From Catajapyx aquilonaris (Eukaryota), in assembly GCA_000934665.2 (NCBI GenBank), contig JYFJ02002723.1, forward strand, positions 1 to 52,237: a stretch of DNA of 52,237 nt, given 5' to 3'. The notes below the pieces were generated by a model. It saw nothing but the letters and a program-made list of their open reading frames with translations, was not told the DNA's origin and made no database searches. The position numbers and the translations under genes were made by a program. Shown piece after piece: positions 34,449 to 46,517 of this stretch; the stretch's first letter is position 1, and every line of letters starts with the position of its first letter.

Positions 34449-36962
34449 TATATATGATACACCTATAAGATAAGAATGATAATGTAAGAAGATGTAGCTA
34501 CTCGTACAGTACGGTACGTACTGGGACGAGTAGGTGTCCAGTACAAGCTTACGCATGAAAAAAATAACATGCAAACCCAAGCAGTTTCAAATTACCAGTC
34601 TTGGAACCCGATTGGTTCCAAAAGTCACCCAAGATGGCTGCCTGGCTGCCATTGGTCTCGATGCCACAAGTGGCGGCCGCCATCTTTGTGCTCTTAATGA
34701 CGTCATTTTGGAACGAATGTATTGATTTTTATTCCCGCTGACCGAAATCGTTCGAAATATATCCACCACCCTGGCGTTATTTAGAACAAAATACCTCGAC
34801 CAATTTTTGAGCATTTTGTAATGAACTTGTTAGCAAATTAATAAATGACGCAGGCGACGTTCCGAACAATAATGGTCCAAGGACAGTACGCCCCCTAGCA
34901 GGTGATCGGGGCTTGCCCGGCCTGATTCGAACGTTCTAAATCCAGCAAATTCAGATGCTCGTAACACAAAAACGGCTGCATAACGAGAGCTGATACTTTT
35001 ATAATAAATTCTGAGCCCTAAGATTCATCCCTGGTGAACGTTGCATGCAAATCCGTCATTTCTAACAAGAGAAGACGTATCTGCAACTTGGGCCAAATGC
35101 CAGGGTCGTTGTGTACCATTGCCGTACACCGGTACACGCAACATTCGACACGCTATCTCCCCTAATCTGACCCTCTGAAATTTACCTTACGGTCTGGTAG
35201 TTGTGGGCTAGAAACATGTCTGTTCGATGAGATGTTTGAGGAGATGCTAGTCGGAGTGGCCATCCTCTCCTCTTTCTTCTCCTTCCCAATCCCAGGGTCT
35301 ATTTCGTCCTCCCGGAGACATGCAATACATACTTGATCCGTGTGCTTGATGTACACAGTAAAAAAACGGTAGGGTGCCGATGATGGGGATATAACGCCGA
35401 ACTGACTAGCTCACACCCGCCGACAGGCACGTCCGTACAGCTAGCGCGTTCCAAATGGAATGGGGGCAACCATAGCAACCGCTTCTGTGGCCGGGGTCAA
35501 AAGGGGGGTCAACGACCGCCCCAATGGTGCCAACATTGCGTTCGAATATTATTCCAATAAAATTCAAGCCCCGAATTCGAATCCGAATTAGATAAATATG
35601 CCAATGGTAGGCTATATGCAGTAATTTGGCGTTGATCCAGGTCCTGGGACAAACAAACATGCAACCTTTGCGTTTTTATATAGCCTAATACTCGCAGGTG
35701 ACCCAGTGTTGCCCGTGTGTTTTGGTTGCAAACCGATAATTTTCACTTACGCAAGTAGGCCTACCGGGAGCAAAATAATGAGTCCACCTTAAAGCTAATT
35801 ATTTTATACACTTATTATGTAAGTTTATATGTTGAATTTACAGGTTGAAAATTCAAGCATCTATTCAGTGTGATATACGAATAATTTTAACACAGTGTCT
35901 ATAATATGCGCTTTTGCAAAAATATTTTAAAAGCACCTGCAATTTTCCTGATTTGTAACCAGTCTGTATGATACATTCAGGTCATTACATCAAGTTATGT
36001 CATAAATGGATCTTGTGTTCTCAGATTGTTGTCAGATTTTCACATTATTATCTTTAATCACGAGGAACCTTCTACCCGTCACTGTAATGCAGATATAAAA
36101 TAATTATCACAGTATATTAATTTCATTTTGCATGGAGTCATTAGTATATACATCTAACTTACATAAAATTAATGAGAACGCTATGTAACACAGATCAACT
36201 TTTTTGTCCATGTGTGGGAATTCATCACTATTTCCGCATTCCTTACAGGTCACTCGTAAACCATGATGACCTTTCATTCCCTCTGAACTTTGCTTTTGAC
36301 CTCGGGGCAGTCAAACAACCAAAGTCCTCGAAATATATGGGTCATCCCGAATCAAGTGGACCGAAATGTTGCTAGACCATCTCGAAAAACCTGCGAAAAA
36401 CACTCGTGAATTGGAATGTAAGGAAAGGTTGCTCGCGATACCACAACTACTGAGCACTTGCGTCACTACGACCGTAGTCTATTTCATAATAGAAATTCAA
36501 TGAAATCTGGGGAAAACTTGTCAAGTGTGGAATTATTGTGTTTGAGCCCGCTGGGAGGTGACTTGAGGTGCATTTATGGAGTACAGTACATTACTAAAAC
36601 ATTCGCTGTCCAGAAATTATGCTGACTATATCATAGAGAGGAATCTTACTGGTTTCACTGTCTATATTATAATTTTTGGTAATAGGCATATCTAGTGAAA
36701 CCTAGACTAATAATATTTTGTCTGGACCCCTCTATTAAAAAACTATGAATAATTCTAGAAAACAATACATGTGGGTGCCTATATCAAATGGAAAACATAA
36801 TCACACTCCCCTGTATGTGGTATTTACAACATAAAAAGGTTACACCCATCGGGCTGTTCAGTCCAATCTTCGTTTTTTTTTGATCAGTTTTGATTTTTCT
36901 AACAACAATTTTGCTTTTCAAATTGAACAATAAACATTCTATATTCACTGCAATGTATGATT

Positions 36963-37615
36963 GGGGGGGGGGGAGAGGTGTGGTGGCCGAGATGGTAACG
37001 TCTCGGCTTGCTGAGTGAAAGGCCCCAGGTTCGATCCCCGCCTGGGGAACTTCCTTTCACCTGCGTCGGGAGGGTCTCTGACCTGCACCAAGGAGGTGTC
37101 TGGCAACCTAACCTCCTGGGGGACTGCACATGACCCATTTAACGACATTGCACCTGTACCCGTGTCCCATCCCCGAAAAACCCCTATCCTTACCCAAATT
37201 CCTTGATTCCTTGCACCGGAGTGGAAGTTAAAAGAAAAATTGGAAAATAAAATAAAGCTAAGGTTCATGCGATATTACACTACCCACAATGTATGATGGG
37301 GGAGAGGTGTGGTGGCCGAGATGGTAACGTCTCGGCTTGCTGAGTGAAAGGCCCCAGGTTCGATCCCCGCCTGGGGAACTTCCTTTCACCTGCGTCGGGA
37401 GGGTCTCTGACCTGCACCAAGGAGGTGTCTGGCAACCTAACCTCCTGGGGGACTGCACATGACCCATTTAACGACATTGCACCTGTACCCGTGTCCCATC
37501 CCCGAAAAACCCCTATCCTTACCCAAATTCCTTGATTCCTTGCACCGGAGTGGAAGTTAAAAGAAAAATTGGAAAATAAAATAAAGCTAAGGTTCATGCG
37601 ATATTACACTACCCA
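36963..37615 (+). mobile_element. Head-to-tail dimer of family-1 SINE, private to copy B
   Basis: Two apparently identical 329-bp units. Target CAATGTATGAT occurs before, between and after the units; single empty site at 26831 in copy A. Confidence 0.87.
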
Positions 37616-38754
37616 CAATGTATGATTGGCCTTCTTTTCTGATAAACTTTTCATAAGGCGTAACTCATGAGCAAAGAACGTATTTCTAGGTTCTAAATAA
37701 ATCTCAAATAGGGCCTATAGGTAAGTACGATATTTAGGTCCTGAAAACAGTTGAAATAGGCTCTTAAATAGGCACTAAAAATCAAGCAGATCTTATTTTA
37801 TTTTCAGTTCCATGCACATTACAGCCTACTCTTGGCCATGTCACTTTGCAGCACAGTAACAAATTAGCAGTTGTTCCATATTTTAGTGTTTTTAAAAATT
37901 ATTATTTGTCGGCGATGCCTGTGTGACAGTACTAATTTATCCGCTGAAAATCACCATTCGACGTCACACAAAGCCACTGTATTGTTCTTGAAAGGTTAAA
38001 TGTCTTGTACAGCGTCAGTTCATCCTGCATATCTACGAGTCTCGTATAGTCTACAGCTTCTTCGCTATTCACATGTTGAAGCGGGAGGTATGACTTGAAC
38101 GGAAAAGACGTAAAAACTGTCGAAAATATTACGAAAATGCGTCAAAAATGCCTACAAATAAAAAATACGGGTAAAAACCGGGAAATCCGATATTTGCTGA
38201 TGAGCATGCGAAAACCCAAACGCAAGAATTCATGAGAAACGCACGAATTCTGGAGAGCCCTAGAGTATTTTGTTTTTGGTTTTGTACTGTACCTCCTGGC
38301 CTGAAAAAAGAACGTGAATAAGACGAGGAGATTGAATAAAGAATGAACAGATGTATGTAACCCAGCATTTGTAAGTTCCAGTCTATTTACATTTTTGAAC
38401 AAGATGAGGAACTGAATGGTGAATCGAATAAACATAAAAATGTTACCCACCACTTATAAGTTCCAGTCTATTTTGATTTTTGTTGCATTTTGTTGATTCA
38501 ATCAAGTTGTTTCACCTTCGCAAATTACTGTATATTATTTCTTATGAAGAATGTGCGGGTGGATAACTTCGTGGAAGTCGCATGCCATACAATATAAGCA
38601 AATGTTTGTCAAAAGCTCAAATTTTTTTTGCATGCTCAACATTTTATTATATACATGATGTGAATTTATTTTGGCAGTTTCGTGTCCGCAGGCCAAAATA
38701 GGCCCACGAGACCCGTGCCTTAAATTGAAGGGAATGGGATCAATATAATAACAA

Positions 38755-39075
38755 TGTATAAAGCATCATCAAGCAACAAAATGGAGCATTATATTTGACA
38801 TTCGAGAGCTTCATATAGGACAGATGTATAGCATTACATAAGTGAAAAAGTGGAGCATCATATGAGTGAGGTAGTAAAACGTTAACAAGAGGTAATGAGA
38901 TAATTATGATAGGAACGTATAAGGCATCGTAAAGCAACAAAACGGAGCATTAAATTTAAGACATTCGAGTGCATGATATCGTGATGATGTAGAGCATTAC
39001 ATAAGTGAAAAAGGAGAGCATTATGTGAGTGGGGTAGTAGAACATTAACAATGGAAATAATAAAGCATCATATCA
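38755..39075. repeat. Diverged ~161-bp tandem duplication rich in AGCATYA motifs
   Basis: TATAARGCATC..AAGCAACAAAAYGGAGCATT at ~38757 and ~38918. Confidence 0.65.
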
Positions 39076-39169
39076 CATCACTCAGATCATTATCGCCGAG
39101 AGAAGCAAAGCAATATTGGAGTGACCATGTGGATCATTACAAACTGTAAACCGCACAGCATTAAAAATA

Positions 39170-39617
39170 ATAGTAATATAATAATAATAATAACTGGGGT
39201 AGTGCTTTCACCCTCCACTGGGGGTATATCACACGGACCTTTATTAATGTTATTATTATTGTACAGTAGCTGATGCAGGGACAGGGTAGGGATAGGAGGG
39301 GGGGGGGACACTGGTGCATGTGCAATGTCTCTCATGTTGGGGGTCGTGTGCAGTCCCCCAGGGGGTGTCCGTTCGCCATAGATGGCCCCCCTAGATGCGG
39401 GTCAGAAACTCCCGACTGACCCGCATCTCCTCCAGGACAGGGAAAGGAGGGAAGCGGCTGTGGCCTATATTACGGTACGATCGCGGAAATTATTCCTGGA
39501 GCGACCTTGGGAAACCACAGAAAACCAAGGTCAGGATCGCCGGCCTTCTGGATTCGAACCCAGGACCTCCCGATTTGCAGTCGGACACCATATCCACTAC
39601 ACCACTACTGCTTCGGT
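39170..39617 (-). mobile_element. tRNA(Cys-like)-derived SINE (family 3, long form)
   Basis: 16-bp TSD CACAGCATTAAAAATA; head with GACTGCAAATC anticodon-arm-like sequence and GGTTCGAATCC B box; shared core; (TTA)n tail. Confidence 0.85.
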
Positions 39618-39704
39618 CACAGCATTAAAAATATACCTCACTTAATGATCAGTCTGACCTTGATGTTCTGTTAATGTTTTTTTAATGCTTTGCGGTTTAC
39701 AGTG

Positions 39705-42342
39705 TAGGTAATGTAATTCATGAAGAAATTCCAATCACTGAAGGGCAGAGAATCTAAAACAGACTGTGTATCCAGTGGATCAGTCATTTAGATTTAGGTG
39801 CCACTGATACATTTTCATTTGGACTCATTCAAGAAAGTCAAGGGCGGCGGCTATGGAAACCCCGCTGCCAAATGGTACCTCAGTGCCACGGCAGCGGCAC
39901 CCGGATGATTCGTCACGACGGTGATACGGCCCCTGGCTGTAGGGTGATGGGGCGGTGGGGGGGGGGGGATGGGCAAACCGCGGGGGCAAACATACAAACA
40001 AACTTTGCCTTATATATATAAGATACACCTATAAGATAAGAATGATGATGTAAGAAGATGTAGCTACTCGTACAGTACTGTACTGGAAAGAGGTGTCCAG
40101 TACAAGCTTACGCATGAAAAAAGTAACATACAAGCCCAAGCAGTTTCAAACTGCCAGTCCTGGAACCCGATTGGTTCCAAAAGTCACCCAAGATGGCTGC
40201 CTGGCTGCCATTGGTCTCGATGCCACAAGTGGCGGCCGCCATCTTTGTGCTCTCAATGACGTCATTTTGGAACGAGTGTATTGATTTTTATTCCCGCTGA
40301 CCGGAATCGTTCGAAATGTATCCACCACCCTGACATTATTTAGAACAAAATTCCTCGACCAATTTTTGAGCATTTTGTAATGAATTTGTTACCAAATGAA
40401 TAAAATGACGCAGGCGACGTTCCGAACAATAATGGTCCAAGGACAGTACACCCCCTAGCAAGTGATCGGGGCTTTCCCGGCCTGATTCGAACGTTCTAAA
40501 TCCAAATTCAGCTGCTCGTAACACAAAAACGGCTGCATAACGAGAGCTGATACTTTTATAATAAATTCTGAGCCCCAAGATTCATCCATGGTGAACGTTG
40601 CATGCAAATCCGTCATTTCTAACAAGAGAAGACGTATCTGCAACTTGGGCCAAATGCCAGGGTCGTCTGTACCATTGCCGTACACCGGTACACGCAACAT
40701 TCGACACACTATCTCCCCTAATCTGACCCTCTGAAATTTACCTTACGGTCTGGTAGTTGTGGGCTAGAAACATGTCTGTTCGATGAGATGTTTGAGGAGA
40801 TGCTAGTCGGAGTGGCCATCCTCTCCTCTTTCTTCTCCTTCCCAATCCCAGGGTCCATTTCGGCCTCCCGGAGACATGCAATACATACTTGATCCGTGCG
40901 CTTGATGTACCCAGTAAAAAAAAAGTAGGGTGCCGATGATGGGGATAAACCGCCGAACTGACCAGCTCACACCCACCGACAGGCACGTCCGTACAGAGAG
41001 CGCGTTCCAAATGGAATGGGGGCAACCACAGCAACCGCTTCTGTTGCCGGGGGTCAACGACCGCTCCAATGGTGCCAACATTGCGTTCGAATATTATTCC
41101 AATAAAATTCAAGCCCCGAATTCGAATCCAAATGAGATAAATATGCCAATGGTATATAATCAGTAATTAGGCGTTGATCCAGGTGCTGGGACAAACAAAC
41201 ATGCAACCTTTGCGTTTTTATATAGCCTAATACTCGCAGGTGACCCAGCGTTGCCCGTGTGTTTTGGTTGTAAAACGGATAATTTTCACTTACGCAAGTG
41301 CTGGGAACAAAATAATGAGTCCACCTTAACGCTTATTATTTTATACACTTATTATGTAAGTTTATATGTTGAATTTACTAGTTGAAAATTCAAACATTTA
41401 TTCAGTGTGATATACAAATAATTTTAACACAGTGTCTATAATAAGCGCTTTTGCAAAAATATTTTAAAAGCACCTGCAATTTTCCTGATTTGCAACCAGT
41501 CTGTATGATACATTCAGGTCATTACATCAAGTTATGTCATAAATGGATCTTGTGTTCTCAGATTGGTGTCAGATTTTCTCATTATTATCTTTAATCACGA
41601 GGGAACCTTCTACCCGTCACTGTAATGCAGATATAACATAATTACCGCAGCATATTAATTTCATTTTGCATCGAGTCAATTACATCAAACTTACATAAAA
41701 TGAATGAGAACACTATGTAACACAGATACACTTTTCTGTCCATGTGTGGGAATTTATCACTATTTCCGCATTCCTTATATAGGTCACTCGTAAATCATGA
41801 TGATCTTTCATTCCCGTTGCTTTAGACCTCGGGGCAGTCAAACAACCAAAGTCCTCGAAATATATAGGGTCATCCCGAATCAAGTGGGCCAAAAACCTCG
41901 ACTACAGTCCGCTCAAGAAGTGCGGTCACAAAAGGCGTGGCCAAGTTCCCCTCACCACGTCTCCCCCTTCTCTTTTCTTTTTGTGTTCATCACCTTTCAC
42001 TTTTCTCTCCACCAATGGGCAAGAACTAGCCTGTCCTGGGACATTGTTTTCCCCACCAAATGCCCAAAATCCTATGTATAAAAAATGTGGGCACACTCTT
42101 CTGTCCAGGCCTTATTTTGTGACCGAACTTCTTGAGTCGACTGTAGTATAGGCAAAGGTGTGTTCGCAAGCTCGCGGGAATCGTTCGTAGCGAGACCGAC
42201 CAGCGATTCACATCCGAATTTTGCATCCGAATTTTTCCTTGGCTTCTGACCCACGCTGAAATGTCTCGAATTAGCTGGAAAACAGCAGTTTTCGCAAGGT
42301 CGCGAACACGTGCAACATCGCACAGCAAACTTTACACAGCCC
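39705..42342 (+). repeat. Copy C (partial) of the composite unit
   Basis: Matches A 24115-26240, then 28750-28948. The equivalent of 26240-28745 is missing. Confidence 0.85.
41905..42143. mobile_element. Tc1/pogo-like MITE, private to copy C
   Basis: TA|CAGTCCGCTCAAGAAGTGCGGTCACAAAA...TTTTGTGACCGAACTTCTTGAGTCGACTG|TA. Confidence 0.82.
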
Positions 42343-42343
42343 A

Positions 42344-43090
42344 GCTGAAAGCTTGGGGTTAAGGCAGCCGGGAATTTAGACAAGAAGGGACTGAAAAAGG
42401 ATCAGGCACAAAATATATGGGCGAGTGGCATTCCGTTCGATTTGCCTGCAAATGGGATATGTTGCAGCTCAGACCATCCTGATAAATGTTGGATAGGGAC
42501 ATTTCGAGGTAGGACCTACAGGGAGCAGGCAAATTACCTCCGCAGGTAATAGGGGGAGTAGTAAACTACAATAAGTCTCAGGAACTCAATGGTTATTGCA
42601 TTAAATTATCTATTAATCTTTATTACCTATTAATCTGGTTCAAATTCTACTCCTTGAAGGTTGTCATCTGGAGTTTCCTCCAGCTGCACTTCAACATTCA
42701 TTGGGTCAATGTAAGGAAGCAGTCTCACAGCAGTCTTCTAGCCTCTTCGATGAATAGCAATATTAGCATGCTCCCTGTAGGTCCTACCTGGAAATGTCCC
42801 TATCCAACATTGATCAGGATGTTCTAGGCCGCAACATATCCCATTTTCAGCCAAATCGAACGGAAAACCAGAGCATATCCCATATGACCTTCGGAGGTCA
42901 ATAGTACGCTCCCTGTAGGTCCTACCTCGAAATGTCCCTATCTAACATTGATCAGGATGGTCTGAGCCAAATAGATCCAATTTTCAGGCAAATCGAACGG
43001 AAGGCCACTCGCCCATATATTTTGTGCCTGATCCTTTTTCAGTCCCTCTCTTGCCTAAATTCCCGGCTCCCTTAACCACAAGCTTTCAGC
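42344..43090. mobile_element. Foldback element with internal duplicated subrepeat
   Basis: GCTGAAAGCTTGGGGTTAAGG... is inverted as ...CCTTAACCACAAGCTTTCAGC; CTCCCTGTAGGTCCTACCT block repeated at ~42771 and ~42909. No TSD seen. Confidence 0.8.
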
Positions 43091-43111
43091 ATTCCTATTG
43101 ACACCCAGAAA

Positions 43112-44518
43112 ATCGGAGATTTTGGATGCGCAAGGTGTCTACAAAAAGGCACTTCAGTAAAAAGCGATAAAGGAGGACATGTACATGTGTATCCATTTTT
43201 GGAAGAAATTGATGGGCCCAACCTCAATCATGACATTACCATGTGTCATGCCCTTGAAGCATAATTATAGTAACCAGAAAAGGTCAGTTTTGGGAATGAA
43301 AGGGCCAAACGAACTGGCACTTGTAGTAGATGATGTCATCACGTCTACTGGTATTGATTATATGCATTGTGTGTGCATTGGCATAACAAAACATTATTAT
43401 TACTTGGTTCAAATCCCGTCCCCGTCACCTCTGCTTGGCCGGGTCTTTTTCCGCTTTTCACCCGACACGCCGGGCAGCATTGCACTCCCTTAGTTGCCCG
43501 GGGCCAGAGAAAAGGTCTGGTGTATCTGAGAGAGTCGTGAGTGACTATAAACCGAGGATGCCCCCCCTTGGGAACCTTCCCCCCCCCCAAACGAGCCGAA
43601 TGACTCGAGCACGGGGTAATAATAATAAAAAACAAACAATCAAAAAAAAACATTATTATTATTACTTACAATGTGGTTTGATGCAAAATTCTATCGCCAC
43701 AACTTTTCACTCCGTCACTCTGTCAATATCATTGATAAAACCATGAAACACATTCAAGTGCCTTACATATTTCAAAGAATTTCACGAAGCATCACTAGTA
43801 CTACACACCCTGTTCACTGGAATGCGACAGAGTTCAAGTACTTTTTACTATACTACAGTGTTCCGTGTTCCACTTCTGCAGTCACTCATGAAACCATATT
43901 ATTTTAAGCATCATTTATTATTAGTTACATCAACGTTTATCCTATGTGAAGAAAGGATAGATGCAAGTGCACTAGACAAAGCAGAACAGAAGGTTTGGGA
44001 ATATGTATATTTGTTCCAACAATTGTATGGTCAAAGATACAATCATGTCATCCAATGTACAGTACATAACCCTTGGCATAACCTGTTGCACTTGGCAGAC
44101 AGTGTACGTGATCTTGGTCCATTATGGACACATTCACCTATATAGCTATATAATTATAAGATATATACCATACCTATATACTACATACATGTAAAAAGAA
44201 AAATTCTTCACTTGTCCAATACACTGTGCAAGATGACGTCAGACATGGCCATGTGCTGCCATAATTTGTGAAGGCAGCAATATGTTCTTGTACCGCCAGA
44301 GGAATGTCATTGTGATTGTTGGAGATATTACACTGCCATAAGACAATTTGCATGCACATTAATTTGTAATGCATAATTTGGAGCATGTGAAGTATGACAC
44401 AGAGGCAGATTACATTGACTGAATACCTCTGGAAAATATTATTGGATCATGTGTACATATTTCTCTCAGTGATGGTACTGTGTATATTGTTGATGTGAAC
44501 ACAATCGAACGAGAATAA
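43112..44518 (+). pseudogene. CACTA/EnSpm transposase, decayed, 5'-truncated, SINE-interrupted
   Basis: Motifs: GDFGCARCLQKG..HVYP, GMKGP..DYMHCVCIG, P.IFQR..RSI..HWNATEFKYFLLYYS, HNLLHLADSVRDLGPLWTHS, and C-terminal VNTIERE* (TAA 44516-44518). Confidence 0.8.
43406..43646 (+). mobile_element. 5'-truncated family-2 SINE inside the CACTA transposase
   Basis: Starts at B box GGTTCAAATCCCGTC, similar to 14442-14630; tail GCACGGGGTAATAATAA; duplicated AAAACATTATTATTACTT flanks. Confidence 0.75.
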
Positions 44519-44829
44519 ACCTGCCAGCTGAATTGCGCTCCAATGGAGATGGCCGTGGTCACTCTAGTGGTGATTAGTCTAACATAGATGTATGTCTGCT
44601 CTGCTCTCTTCTCCTAGCTTCCCTCAGCGCCTTGCGGTATGTTCTGTATTTAACAGAACATTAACTCATGTACTTTTATATGTTCATCATTTCCAGCCGG
44701 CAATTGGGGTGATCCCTTACAGCTTAAATTCGCACCACTTGCCAGAATGTTGCATAAGGATAGCTTTCCATTGGTAAAAGATTTTTTCAGTGCCTATAGC
44801 TGCCACAGGGTGGAGCAGCTGTTACCATG

Positions 44830-45163
44830 ATTTGTCAAGGTTGTGAGGTTGCAAAACCCAACCTCCACGCAACCTGTGAGATACAAGTTGTGTGACGTTG
44901 GATTCTACAACCTCAGGAAACCACCTTCACATAGTTGGAAAGTGCGGTCGCATAGTTGTAACTAACGTTGCAAGGTTGTAAGGTTTCATAATGCAACCTT
45001 CTACAACCTCACTGGAGTTGTAAATAACCAGGTCGTATTAGGCGCAACTTTGACGCAACTTTTTAACAACCTCGCAACGACCTTGTTTCAACCTAAAATA
45101 CAACCTTGCAACCATGAAACAACCACATACAACTTCATTACAACCTTAAAATTTCAGTAAGGG
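44830..45163 (+). mobile_element. CACTA/EnSpm right subterminal repeat array and terminus
   Basis: Dense CAACC(T) / (A)GGTTG repeats in both orientations ending ...TTTCAGTAAGGG, downstream of the transposase stop. Confidence 0.65.
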
Positions 45164-45583
45164 AGCTTACCTTAGGAGCGAAGTTTCAGATATCGCACTC
45201 AAAAAAGCAGACATTTTATTACATCATTGGAAAGGGATAATTACTCTGATTACAACGAGCTATACAAGAACTGCTAGATCGCAGCTTTTTTTTTTTTGAG
45301 AAAATATAGTTTCTGAAGTTTTTCGGGGAAAAAATTACTAAATATTATTTTCTCTCAAATTACGTGCCCGATTGGCATAAATTCCAGCTTATAGCCTACT
45401 CTCAGGTTCCCTAATTTGTCGTAAGCCAGAAGCATAAGCCACTTGCACATTAAATGAAGCATAGTACTAGCCTAAACCCATAATATATTCTACGTTCACC
45501 TCCCAAGAAATGCAGTGGTGGGGTAATAAACAAAATGGGATTAAAAAATCTCCATTAAGATTATCTGGACTTTAGAACTGATA

Positions 45584-45595
45584 AATAATAATAAT

Positions 45596-45642
<47 letters not shown>
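45584..45642. repeat. Compound (AAT)n(CAT)n microsatellite, possibly a minus-strand retroposon tail
   Basis: Directly visible trinucleotide runs. Confidence 0.85.
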
Positions 45643-45744
45643 AGTGCTGAACAACGCTGAAGCAGGCGATGGTGTCGAGCTATGTTGGAGCAGGAACACC
45701 CAGACTTGCGACTGATGACATGAGCAGCTGGTCACTGACTGTGT

Positions 45745-46093
45745 AATAATAATAATAATTGCAGCTAGTGCTTTCACCCTTGGGTATACGCACGGACCTT
45801 TATTGTTAGCCATTAGTACATTTCGTACATAGCGGAACCTTTTAGCGAAACGCCTGGGTCCACGGGCAGGGTGACTGGGAGGGGATGTGCAAGGTGCAAA
45901 TGCAATGTCGTTGCTTGGTCATTTTGTGAACTCCCCCGGGTGGATTAGTCTGTTGGAGATTCCACCCGAGACGAAGCCAGAGACGACCCAACTCTGCACG
46001 AGATGAGGGGGGTGACCCCGGGCTGGGAGCGAACCCGGGACCCTAGCATCCGTGAGCGCATACGTTACCGCAACGCCGCCACTCCGTCTTCCC
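45745..46093 (-). mobile_element. tRNA-derived SINE (family 4); core fragment also at 18817-18900 (+)
   Basis: Minus strand: GTGGCGGCGTTGCGGTAA...GGTTCGCTCCC head, shared core, tail AAAGGTCCGTG..ATACCC..GGGTGAAAGCACTA like the 39170 copy, then (TTA)n. Confidence 0.7.
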
Positions 46094-46517
46094 TGGATAG
46101 TAGCAATAGAGCTATGTGGATACCAAAGTTGAAGTTAAATTGACAGTTAACAACTGAAATAAATACGAATATACCTTGGACAGTGAATTTCTGTGGGGTC
46201 TGGTAAAAATTGCTGCTACTATACGTTAATTTGTTATTTAGCAGGATATAAATTTTAATAATGGACATCAGGGGCCGTACAGGCTCACAGACTCTATGGA
46301 ATTAATTCCAGAAAATCTACCACGGAATTTTAAAATGTTTATCATGCTTTGCATATATTAAATTTTCTGTTCGTTTTTGAATGAAGGGATTTTTAAAGCC
46401 GTTTTATATTAATTGAATTGATATTTTTATAGCAGCACATTGGACTGATTTCTCAATAGGAAATACCATCACATTTTAATCTATTAATCCACACTAAAGT
46501 TGGTGCTTATGTTAATA

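Larger units (their letters stand above)
29093..38217 (+). repeat. Copy B of the composite unit
   Basis: Colinear high-identity match to copy A (e.g. 22320~30210, 24411~34534, 26050~36172, 28665~38150) with private insertions. Confidence 0.88.

Noticed and set aside
21975..45163. One giant CACTA element from 21975 to 45163
   Set aside because: The termini (CCCAGGTAGCAC vs revcomp CCCTTACTGAAA) and subterminal repeat motifs differ, so these are separate elements.
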